Shown here piece by piece: positions 16,401 to 24,295 of a stretch of 64,000 bases of DNA. How positions within the stretch are numbered: position 1 is the stretch's first letter; each line of letters begins with the position of its first letter. The position numbers and the translations under genes were made by a program. This DNA is from a phage. The stretch is from sequence record NC_100372.1. One strand, 5' to 3'. The notes below the pieces were generated by a model. The model ran no database searches. It saw nothing but the letters and a program-made list of their open reading frames with translations, and was not told the origin of the DNA.

Positions 16401-19104
16401 AGATTGCAGGGTTTACTCTTGACTGTCGATTAGCATACCCGGTTTGGTTAAACCATTGATTGCAAGAGTAATCCCTCATATAATCGTAATCAGAGTATTT
16501 GTTTGCATCCTCGTTCCAACACATGTTGAGGTTGGTGCCGCCCATGCATACAATATATTCTTCAACGTATTTATCACTTCGAGTGGGAATTCCTATGAAC
16601 CATCTGTTAACAGGCTCGTCCCAAGCGGTACGTTCATCTTTAACGCAGATTGCAATCCAGTCATGTGTCCCTGTTTTCTTGCACACATCCCGTTTCATAC
16701 CGTAGTAGAATTCTTTGGTATTTGGCTCAGGTGCGCTTATCAGGTAGCTCCACGCTTGGTCTGCATAGGTTCCGTCAGTGCGTGGGTCGTGATCAAAGGC
16801 GTACATGATGATCCTTTCCCCGCCAAGATGTTCACCAAGAGTAACTTTGATGTTCACATCCCCGTAACCGTTGCGAACAACATCCATATTATCAATAGAA
16901 ATACCTCTAGGAGTGTAGGCAATTTTCAGCGAGTTATCCTCACTGGTGCCCCCAAGTGTAATCCCTATGTTGTTTGTTGTCCCGTCGGCATATCTTACTG
17001 TGGCTTCCCAGCGTATTCCGAAATATCCTGCATCATGGCTGACAATTTTCAGTGTACGAGCACCTGGGTGAGGTTTTCCAGGATCAGGCCAAGGGTCTGG
17101 GTGTTCGTGGACAGTCAACGACGTTCCGTTTTGCTCGTTAACCTGCAACATTTTACCACCTCTGCCGTTAGGGTTGAACTCCCATACGGCCTGTGTCTGC
17201 ACTAAGTTGTTGTAGGTATTTCGTCTCTGATCATAAATCTCTTGGGTAACATCATAGGTGACTGATCCAGCATCCATTCTGTGGAGTCGGACCATATACG
17301 ATGTATCTCCTTCTACCGCAGGCTGAGTCCCATTCAGCCCGAAGTATACAGTATCGTTAACATGGAACTGCTTGTTTCTACCAACGGTATGCCACTTACC
17401 GTCAGAAGGATACGCAGGAACTATGGTGTTCCAGTTCAAAGTCCTTGTCGTGTGAGTTCTTCCTGTGCCATGCTTGTCATGATAGGTTATTTTTACAGAG
17501 TACAGGCCACGTCTGTTAACATTCCTGTTATACTGAGTAACAACAACTTCGTTGGCCCCGCCGTGGTTCCAGTTGGTGGAGAATTGGTAATTTGCATCTG
17601 TAACAACCGTACCCGCAGCATTTACCAGTTCAATCTTGTCAATAATGAACGTAGCCCCCTCTGGCTGAGGCTTCAATTTCATCTTGACCGTGTCACCAAT
17701 GTAAATATTGCTAACGCTGCTAACACCGTTAACGTCAAAAATATCATCAACACCCCAACTGTCTACTGGGACATTTTTATACCAATTCTCAGGAACCTCT
17801 GTGAACCCCTGACTATTAAGTCTGCCGCCAAACAGGTTGTTAGAGCCTGCAAAACTTCCCCTTGGGATGCCTGACCACCAAAGTTTACCATTAACAACAG
17901 TAAAGGTACCTAAAAAACCTTCTCTGTGAATGCCTTGGAAATAAACACTCTCTGTCCAGCTAACTGGGAGGCGTTGCTCAACGTATTTGGCTGTGGCAAG
18001 AGCTTGATAGTGGATAAAATTGGCCCTAGGGTTATTGTTTGCAGATTGTGCGCCAATATCATTACATAAGTTGCGAGAGAATCCGCGATACTGCTTAGTG
18101 CCATTATTGAAGAAAATGCCACTTGTTCCGTACCCACGAGCCATTATTACTTCATGGGTGTAGGTAATATTTAAGGAACGCCATGTATCATCTCCCCAGA
18201 CATCTTGCCCGTAGAATACGTTAACAAGCTGCTGGTCATTGGGCTTATGCATCCGCTGTGTAACAACCACTGCCCCGTTCGGACCGCACATGAACCCTTT
18301 CCACTCCTCGTCTGCAGGAATGCCTCTCAAATCGTCACGGGTAACCTGAGCAGGAGGCCAAACGAGAGTGTTTCTACTATTATTCCTCAGAAAGTCATAT
18401 CCAGCAATCCAGAAACCTCTAGGGCCACCGAAAATAACAGAGTTATCATGCACCTCGCAGTTAATGCTTGGGTTTTTCCAAGGACCTGTTTCAGGATTTT
18501 CTGATGTTTCACCAATCTTTACAGGAGTTGCATGCTGGTTTTTATCTACATGCAAAGATCCGTAGGTGTTGTTACCAGATCCATACAGGTTCAGTATGCC
18601 AGTGCCTTCTGCCTCTGCAATAACCCAAACAGTGTTGTTAATACCACCCATCACCTCAACAAGGCGCTCTGGGTGCGTGTCAAGGTGTAACCCTTTAACA
18701 ATCTGTTCAGGAAGAGGTGTCCACTCGTTTACGCAAACATCGTTACCACCTGCCGCAGTGGATCCGATAAGACCTGCAGTGCAGCCAATGTAGAAAAACT
18801 GGTTATCAAAAGTCCGGATCACAAACGCACGGTCTGCTCTCCACACATGATCAACATTCCAGGCTGTCTCGCTCGGGTAGTTTATAGGGCTACGATCCCC
18901 CGTGCGACACTCCCCGAACTTGTTATAGCCAGTAATATTAAGCTGACCATCGTCAAAAAGTATAGCTAAGCTATTTACATAAGCTACTGTAGTGCTTGTA
19001 CCGTCACTGTTGTCTATTGGGTATGACAGAACAGCAAGTTCCTTAACTCCACCCCTCTTATCGAGGAAATGACGACCAAGTTTTAGCAAAGGGATTGGAA
19101 GCAT
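13471..19104 (-). CDS. very large tail fibre / tail-associated protein with RCC1-like and Ig-like regions
   Basis: 1877 aa. N-terminal region has repeated G-rich beta-propeller-like repeats (LYGSGNNTYGSLHV); C-terminal region has Big_2-like segment (GNVTIKFVVTDDAGRKTSSTSFTV). Last gene of the late module. Confidence 0.5.
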   Translation of the reverse strand: MLPIPLLKLGRHFLDKRGGVKELAVLSYPIDNSDGTSTTVAYVNSLAILFDDGQLNITGYNKFGECRTGDRSPINYPSETAWNVDHVWRADRAFVIRTFDNQFFYIGCTAGLIGSTAAGGNDVCVNEWTPLPEQIVKGLHLDTHPERLVEVMGGINNTVWVIAEAEGTGILNLYGSGNNTYGSLHVDKNQHATPVKIGETSENPETGPWKNPSINCEVHDNSVIFGGPRGFWIAGYDFLRNNSRNTLVWPPAQVTRDDLRGIPADEEWKGFMCGPNGAVVVTQRMHKPNDQQLVNVFYGQDVWGDDTWRSLNITYTHEVIMARGYGTSGIFFNNGTKQYRGFSRNLCNDIGAQSANNNPRANFIHYQALATAKYVEQRLPVSWTESVYFQGIHREGFLGTFTVVNGKLWWSGIPRGSFAGSNNLFGGRLNSQGFTEVPENWYKNVPVDSWGVDDIFDVNGVSSVSNIYIGDTVKMKLKPQPEGATFIIDKIELVNAAGTVVTDANYQFSTNWNHGGANEVVVTQYNRNVNRRGLYSVKITYHDKHGTGRTHTTRTLNWNTIVPAYPSDGKWHTVGRNKQFHVNDTVYFGLNGTQPAVEGDTSYMVRLHRMDAGSVTYDVTQEIYDQRRNTYNNLVQTQAVWEFNPNGRGGKMLQVNEQNGTSLTVHEHPDPWPDPGKPHPGARTLKIVSHDAGYFGIRWEATVRYADGTTNNIGITLGGTSEDNSLKIAYTPRGISIDNMDVVRNGYGDVNIKVTLGEHLGGERIIMYAFDHDPRTDGTYADQAWSYLISAPEPNTKEFYYGMKRDVCKKTGTHDWIAICVKDERTAWDEPVNRWFIGIPTRSDKYVEEYIVCMGGTNLNMCWNEDANKYSDYDYMRDYSCNQWFNQTGYANRQSRVNPAIFTDTQVFLTKQANEVQTFKNKYDPNKWFYNCYGAFFWGPGELPNGGSCFEAATYASDYIMGQVKKYKIIPGPETLGNAVDPYIIMTALRSNMDGTSMSMQIPVTNGYKRVVMIIKCDLIGKQVLAENGTSTHPFEIALHYQFADSPFSGDKRISDTDAQRCKKVLLGAGWWWYEFDLTDKFTDTSKVVTGLRLDLGENMHKAVCDGTYGDPTVYLKYVSFEHPEDVVYGPKLRLFGSWIAKDRVGMGKKVRGFLVDAGTEDMLVNAVWPELPGTQWDNSAKSINWFNIHRAMWTTNCYLWRELNDQAFGFSNGRRMAIICWTTLQRCYDHDYEIGGRAWKNIRDRIITNFADDNGGGAHNFGTSRLIHLNGSSAYKKEGYSGSMIEWGLVKDARVLMGQQLAAAIGPNAVQSVKPAWFDIPIWSSGTPGTAAINPTTGDLEISWEDLKQVGGWDKTGYQVQWWRSDGSLAADEFVKDNFYTMSSAKAQQLFGQATPSTITMSMCCKDNRTGALGPRVAKVFSGIKWNLPVQSVSWKQIGDNKLLVTPACQFNATLNVDPAVAANSAKASDFSVSNTAMADVRKIDTLNARITCKNTYGTFQIINNFTDADSKVVRTASQTMQLGTLAYSALITEQSPTLQGGGVGKLITTPVWKPNEWVVFDLTVDFSSDNNWTWVRNCLSQLMGGPSSVSDSHDSTDPSVFQVGKTHPETGAQLPDRKYALVCISNGKADVTFSGTHAYNGTYNFSKKYSLKAGNIVDEVGALYNPGNGIGIVGGKLQMQEPSITPSNVPGIRKTWESSNTNIATVDATTGLVTFKAPGNVTIKFVVTDDAGRKTSSTSFTVRQMAPQWRMWIGTATNGAYPNPAGTSGMKTFSTSKPMEYGSGPKVGQMVYFGAYIPEIIGLPRSQLQLLFGAGVDELATFGYSDNIEAARSSGWVGFRMESGKEGRILGTASIGVMFPGDQQYRLGAYATFSL

Positions 19105-19152
19105 TGTGTTCTCCAGATAAGAAAACCGCCCCGTCAGGAGCGGTCAGATATA

Positions 19153-20898
19153 TTAACGTTGTGCAATAACCACATCCACAATATCACCAACACCACAATA
19201 TGTCAATTGTAACAAGGTGACACTGTTGGCTTTGTTGTTAATAACAGGAGTAGCCGACAGTATGGCATATTTATCGTGTAAAGTCACGTTGTGGCCTACA
19301 GCATCCTGAATGACATAGATGATTGCAGTGAACGGGTAAGGTTTATCTTCAGCCGATGTTCCAGGCCATTGCCCTATTGTAAAATCCCCTTTCGCGTGGA
19401 CAACATACATATTGGCCTGCCCGTTAGGTGTCCATGTTCCACTAGATGCGTCAGCCTCCTCTAAGTCAAACTCCACCTTCCCTGCATGGAAAGCAGGGGC
19501 AGTAATAGTTTTACCAGCTTCAATTTCTTGAGAGGTGGTTATCTTGCCACTGGAGTTAATGCCATTACAGACAAAGTTGACATTAGAGAAGTCTGGCAGC
19601 CACCCAGTCACTGTACCTGATATTTCAAGGTTGTGAAGGTAGGTGGTGCCAGTCCCTGCTGCGTTTAAACTAACATCTCCATTTACCTGCAAGTTTCTGG
19701 TAACGTTGCAGTTTTCAGAGTTTGCAGTTGTTGCAGTTAAAGTGGTGGTTGTCAGCTCGGTAATTACACCTTTGTTGGCTGTAAGCCCTTCTCCTTCAAA
19801 AGTGGCACGCTCATTCACCCTCAGAGTATTTAAAGATATGTTCTGGACAGATGCTGTGCCACGAATGACTATAGATCCGCCAACCTCTAAATCTCCATTG
19901 ATCAGTGCATCTCCCGTGCTTTCAATATAGCTAGGGTAGATCATGGTGCCATCTACAGAGTAGGTTATCCCTGTAACGGTGCCTGTCACCTCAAGGTTCT
20001 TAACCCTGGTGGTCCCATCAACCTGCAATGTCGGTTCGGTGGCTGCCTTCATGGCATTACCGCGAATGTACACGTAGTCAAAAAAGTTATTACCTAGACC
20101 ATCAAAATGCACATCGTTGTTATTAGCCACTGGTTTCCCAGAAGTTATAGTGTCAGCTATAACTCTGTGAGTTGATACTTCATGAGGTTGCAGCTCTGTG
20201 CTTCTCCAGTCTGCATGCTTAGGATCGCTCCACGCAAAAGTCAGTGTAGAAGTATTTGCCGTAAGGATTAGGTTCCTGAAGCGTGCAGTAGAATCTGCTC
20301 CATTAACAGGTCCGTGTAAGGTAAGGGTACCCCCAACTATAGTGTTAGCAAGTTCTGTAAGACCTTTTACCACCAAAGATCCTACAGTAACTTTCATCCC
20401 CTCCATGGCTTTAAATATGCTATCCACATAGTCAACAACAAACTCTGTGTTTGCTATAGACTCGGACTTATCATCCATTGGAGGTGTAGGTACTCTCGGG
20501 TCACCTTCGAACCTTGGGCTGTTAAGTTTTGCGTAGTATTTTGCCATTACTGCAGAATCGGTATATAATCTCCAGTTCGGAGATTGTGAAGGATCTGCTG
20601 GCATCCTAACTGGGTTAGATTTTGATGCTGCTGGGGCGTACCACCACTGAGTGCCTGTATCCCCTTTAAACTCATACAACTGGTTAAAAACTGTTGTGGA
20701 TGCACCATACGCCCAAGGGATTGGTGGCGTTTTAAAATAAAGGGTGTCAAGCATGGCTTTTCGTACCGTAGGGATAGTGGTCCCATCCTCTACGACAACT
20801 TCATCCACAGCGTTACCGTTGACAATCAAGTGCAAACGTTCAGAATCAACAATTACTTGATCTACCGCCTGCTCGAAGCTTGTCATGTCTTGCGCCAT
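19153..20898 (-). CDS. tail fibre protein (beta-helix-like repeats)
   Basis: 581 aa; Thr/Gly/Asn-rich repeated segments typical of fibre shafts; sits in tail-fibre cluster. Confidence 0.5.
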   Translation of the reverse strand: MAQDMTSFEQAVDQVIVDSERLHLIVNGNAVDEVVVEDGTTIPTVRKAMLDTLYFKTPPIPWAYGASTTVFNQLYEFKGDTGTQWWYAPAASKSNPVRMPADPSQSPNWRLYTDSAVMAKYYAKLNSPRFEGDPRVPTPPMDDKSESIANTEFVVDYVDSIFKAMEGMKVTVGSLVVKGLTELANTIVGGTLTLHGPVNGADSTARFRNLILTANTSTLTFAWSDPKHADWRSTELQPHEVSTHRVIADTITSGKPVANNNDVHFDGLGNNFFDYVYIRGNAMKAATEPTLQVDGTTRVKNLEVTGTVTGITYSVDGTMIYPSYIESTGDALINGDLEVGGSIVIRGTASVQNISLNTLRVNERATFEGEGLTANKGVITELTTTTLTATTANSENCNVTRNLQVNGDVSLNAAGTGTTYLHNLEISGTVTGWLPDFSNVNFVCNGINSSGKITTSQEIEAGKTITAPAFHAGKVEFDLEEADASSGTWTPNGQANMYVVHAKGDFTIGQWPGTSAEDKPYPFTAIIYVIQDAVGHNVTLHDKYAILSATPVINNKANSVTLLQLTYCGVGDIVDVVIAQR

Positions 20899-20907
20899 GA
20901 TTTCTCC

Positions 20908-21174
20908 TTAAGCTTTTTGCTCTTCGTTTTTAACGTGGTCAGGGTGCTGGCAACCCCACCGGAGCGAGATGAATTTGCTAATAAGCTGGGGGCAAGCTAC
21001 CGAAGGTGCGTATATCCACGCATACCATTCAGGAAGCGTATCATTGTACCCCATATGAATAAACACCCCAGTCATCACTGCCATGCCTATGTTTGACCAT
21101 AGCTTAGATTGGGACACTTTCGTAGGGTCATCAGATGCCGCAACCAACCCCCATAAAAACTGAGTTAATTTCAT
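20908..21174 (-). CDS. small protein with one hydrophobic segment
   Basis: 88 aa ORF exactly filling the gap between two fibre genes; hydrophobic stretch NIGMAVMTGVFIHMGY. Confidence 0.35.
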   Translation of the reverse strand: MKLTQFLWGLVAASDDPTKVSQSKLWSNIGMAVMTGVFIHMGYNDTLPEWYAWIYAPSVACPQLISKFISLRWGCQHPDHVKNEEQKA

Positions 21175-21183
21175 TTACCCTCT

Positions 21184-22230
21184 TTAAGCATAAGATATGG
21201 TAATCCATTGACCGTTTACAAATTTTTGAATAGCACCAGTCCAATAGTCACCTTGATACGGGTGTTTATAGGCGTAATTGCCGGAGCACATTACATGCCC
21301 AGGGTATACTCTTGATTCTCTGTAGGTGGTTCTGAAGCGGTTTGCTATCCTTACATCTTCAACACCCCTACTAGGCATAGGGATAGTAAGGTTACCACTA
21401 CTGTCTGCGCTGCTACCGTTTACCCTGCGGACCACGTTTCTCCCACCAACTGTTGCATATTGACCCCTGGTGGTTTTATCGTTACAATCTACTCTTCCAC
21501 CTATTTGAGCGCTGCCGCAGGATTGTTGTCCATTAACAGTGGCTCTAGGTATCGTTACCGCATTAGCATTTGCAGAGGAGCTTTTTGCATCATTGCATTC
21601 AAGATTCCCTTGGATAGCCAGTCTTGCACGGTTGGCAGTTATAGCATTGAGCTTCATAGCCGAAAACACAGGCTGCCCACCAGAAGGTTGAAATCTCCAA
21701 CGGAAACCGTCTATTTGGTGAGAGGGATCATCAAGGTCTGTGCCGTCAGCACCACCTATGTTGTCCATAATCCAGAAATCCATCATCGTCTTGTCTGGAG
21801 TTATGGTGGTATATATCGCCGCATTGTCTGTTGACGCGGATGCAAACTCGATTCTTTGAAGACCTAAAGTTTGAGTCTGGGTCATTGTGTCCCCAGTCTT
21901 GTCAACATACAGGTCATCCATTTCTTCAGGCGAGTATACATTGAGAACTTGACGTGCAGCAGCTTTGTCTGGAACGTCTGCCAGATTATTAGTGACCCTT
22001 AAGAATCTATTATCCCATCCCGGGACAACATCTTCTGTTAAATGCTTTAACCACGCAGAAAGCATGTGAAGTTCAAAGTTAACAACCTCACATGCCACTC
22101 TTTGTGTCATACCCCAACCTTTCAATCTCTCTTCTTTTTTTGGTTGGGACTTATTCAATTCTCCCGTATTTTCAAGCACAACATCCTGATTGGCCCAAAT
22201 ATCAAGAGGGATAACTGGTTTAGTCATCAC
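21184..22230 (-). CDS. tail fibre protein (paralog A)
   Basis: 348 aa; shares PL(D/E)IWA start, (Y)VDKTGDTMT(G) motif and C-terminal KFVNGQWITISYA with 23243..24283. Confidence 0.55.
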   Translation of the reverse strand: MMTKPVIPLDIWANQDVVLENTGELNKSQPKKEERLKGWGMTQRVACEVVNFELHMLSAWLKHLTEDVVPGWDNRFLRVTNNLADVPDKAAARQVLNVYSPEEMDDLYVDKTGDTMTQTQTLGLQRIEFASASTDNAAIYTTITPDKTMMDFWIMDNIGGADGTDLDDPSHQIDGFRWRFQPSGGQPVFSAMKLNAITANRARLAIQGNLECNDAKSSSANANAVTIPRATVNGQQSCGSAQIGGRVDCNDKTTRGQYATVGGRNVVRRVNGSSADSSGNLTIPMPSRGVEDVRIANRFRTTYRESRVYPGHVMCSGNYAYKHPYQGDYWTGAIQKFVNGQWITISYA

Positions 22231-22317
22231 GTTCTCCTGAGAAAATTCCTTAAGGACTATTTTAACACTTTAGAGAACAAAATGCAAGAACGGCATCCTT
22301 GCCGTTCTGGCCTTTGT

Positions 22318-22632
22318 TTACCTTTTACTATGCTCTACAAGCATGTGTAAAATCTTTTGCACATCAGCTCTGATACCGGAGACATCTGTCCTGACATCTT
22401 GCTTAAGGTCGTTGATATCAGCCTCTAGCTTACTTAACCGGGTTTCAATAATGGAATCAAGTCTATCTTTTGTAACCATGCTATTTTTCACTAAAATAAG
22501 GTCTTTCTCCAGCTCATCCAACCTCTTGGAAATGCCTTTCCATTTGGTGTGCCACTGGTTGAAAGCCCATACACAGATCGGGACAACGGTACCCATGCAG
22601 ATACCGTACAATGCCGCCAAATCCAACTCCAC
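22318..22632 (-). CDS. small membrane-anchored coiled-coil protein
   Basis: 104 aa; N-terminal hydrophobic helix (LAALYGICMGTVVPICVWAF) followed by heptad-like charged region. Confidence 0.4.
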   Translation of the reverse strand: MELDLAALYGICMGTVVPICVWAFNQWHTKWKGISKRLDELEKDLILVKNSMVTKDRLDSIIETRLSKLEADINDLKQDVRTDVSGIRADVQKILHMLVEHSKR

Positions 22633-22643
22633 AACACCTCCTC

Positions 22644-23228
22644 TTAGAGGGTAGGTCGTTCCGGGAAGAAAATGTCAGGGGCTTTAGATGTATCTATTTC
22701 AAGAAGTTTTACCCTGTACATTTTCAAATCCCTGATGTTGCGTTTTTGGTCATCAGTAAGATCGTATTCAAGGTCAATCATGTCTTGATAGGCACCAATT
22801 CTAGCAGTAGCCCAAGCAAGTTCTGTCTCTATGACACCCTCTGCCTGTTGAACAAAGAATTCATTGTCTGTGACAAATTCATCACCAACTAAACGCAAAG
22901 CGTCGTGGTGGAGCATAATGTTTTCTGGTACCTCTTCTTTTTTGGCGATAACCACACGAAGACCTGGAGCAGGCCACAAGGCATCAGGTTCTTCTGTAGA
23001 TGTCTTAAGAATACCCTTCTCGTCAACAAGTAAGAAGATACAGCCTGGATTTTCTTGTCGCAGTGTTCGTGATTGCACATACCAATCGCCATCATCATTA
23101 CGTAAAAAATATCCAGTGTATGCTGTGTAATCCTCAACCTCCTGAGGAGTCAGCTCCTTGGTCTCCTTGTTGGTGTAGTATTCGCCAGATCCCGGCTGGT
23201 AAAGTTTAAACTCTTGAAGTATTTTCAT
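22644..23228 (-). CDS. tail fibre assembly chaperone (Tfa-like)
   Basis: 194 aa directly downstream of fibre paralog B; C-terminal ELAWATARIGAYQDMIDL ... YRVKLLEID resembles the conserved Tfa C-terminus. Confidence 0.5.
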   Translation of the reverse strand: MKILQEFKLYQPGSGEYYTNKETKELTPQEVEDYTAYTGYFLRNDDGDWYVQSRTLRQENPGCIFLLVDEKGILKTSTEEPDALWPAPGLRVVIAKKEEVPENIMLHHDALRLVGDEFVTDNEFFVQQAEGVIETELAWATARIGAYQDMIDLEYDLTDDQKRNIRDLKMYRVKLLEIDTSKAPDIFFPERPTL

Positions 23229-23242
23229 GCTAGTCCTCCGAT

Positions 23243-24283
23243 CTACGCATAATTAACAGTGATCCATTGACCATTTACAAGTTTTTGTAAAGGTCCTGCC
23301 CAGTAGGTTGAACCACGCATCTCTTTTTTATCACCAAAATGCCAACCTGTGACAACGTAGCCGTTGCGAACTGGAGATTCAGAAACACCATCAACAAGTC
23401 TTGCACCGATTCTGATATCCTGTACCCCTGTCTGCGGGATGGTGATCGTTACATCGCCGTTACCGTTAGCCGTCACTCCATTCACAGAGCGCACCACATT
23501 TCTGTTACCTACAACACAATGCTGGCTTCTTACAACCATACTGTCACAACTTGCGCCGCCATTAACATATACGGACCCAGCTGTCAACTGACTAGCCACA
23601 TTACAGTTGGTGAATGTTGCTGTGCTGCTAATGGTAAGGTTGTTACACCGCATGTTATCGACAACTTCAACATTACCTACCACTTTCAACAGCGCACGGT
23701 TAGCCGTGATCGCGTTCAGGTACATCAAAGTGAACTCTGGATTAATGTCTGGCTGAGTTGGCTGGAATCTCCAACGAAACGCATCTACTGTAGATGTGCC
23801 ACCATCATCAAACGCCCCAGTGTTATCACTTAACCCAAAGTCGAGAGTTGTCTTATCTGGACCAATAGTTGTCTCTATCCAAGCCTTATCTGTCTCGGCA
23901 GCTTTAAAGTTGATACGCTGCAAACCTAAGGGGCCTGTCATTGTATCGCCTGTAACTTTTACATACCTGGCGTCTGCCTCTTCCTTAGTAATAACCCCAA
24001 GGTTTCTACGGGCGACAGGAATGTTCAGAAGATCGCTCAGGTTATTATCACGTACCAGATAACGGCCCTCTTGGGCTGGGATCTGCTCGTCAGCAATATA
24101 TTTTGCCCAAGTCCCGAGCATATTGAAAATATAGTTAAGTTCTTCACATGACGGCTTTTGACCAAGATCCCAACCTTTTCTCCACAAATCATCAATCGGG
24201 CGTAGCCTGTTCTGTCTGTGGGTGTTAGGCAGAACCTGATCCTCCTCTGCCCAAATCTCTAATGGAAAACTAGGTTTTGACAT
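23243..24283 (-). CDS. tail fibre protein (paralog B)
   Basis: 346 aa; PLEIWAEED start, KVTGDTMTGPL motif, C-terminal KLVNGQWITVNYA; paralog of 21184..22230. Confidence 0.55.
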   Translation of the reverse strand: MSKPSFPLEIWAEEDQVLPNTHRQNRLRPIDDLWRKGWDLGQKPSCEELNYIFNMLGTWAKYIADEQIPAQEGRYLVRDNNLSDLLNIPVARRNLGVITKEEADARYVKVTGDTMTGPLGLQRINFKAAETDKAWIETTIGPDKTTLDFGLSDNTGAFDDGGTSTVDAFRWRFQPTQPDINPEFTLMYLNAITANRALLKVVGNVEVVDNMRCNNLTISSTATFTNCNVASQLTAGSVYVNGGASCDSMVVRSQHCVVGNRNVVRSVNGVTANGNGDVTITIPQTGVQDIRIGARLVDGVSESPVRNGYVVTGWHFGDKKEMRGSTYWAGPLQKLVNGQWITVNYA

Positions 24284-24295
24284 TTTATCTCCTGA

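Noticed and set aside
16444-17874. Plus-strand ORFs of 253 aa (16444..17205) and 197 aa (17281..17874) inside the 1877-aa minus-strand gene
   Set aside because: They lie entirely antisense within a long, well-supported structural gene, have low-complexity hydrophobic and Cys-rich composition, and have no RBS or operon context; most likely chance open frames.
19153-24283. Possibility of an invertible tail-fibre shufflon or diversity-generating retroelement acting on the fibre genes
   Set aside because: The paralogous fibre genes are in the same orientation, and no invertase/recombinase, reverse transcriptase or template/variable repeat pair was found anywhere in the window.
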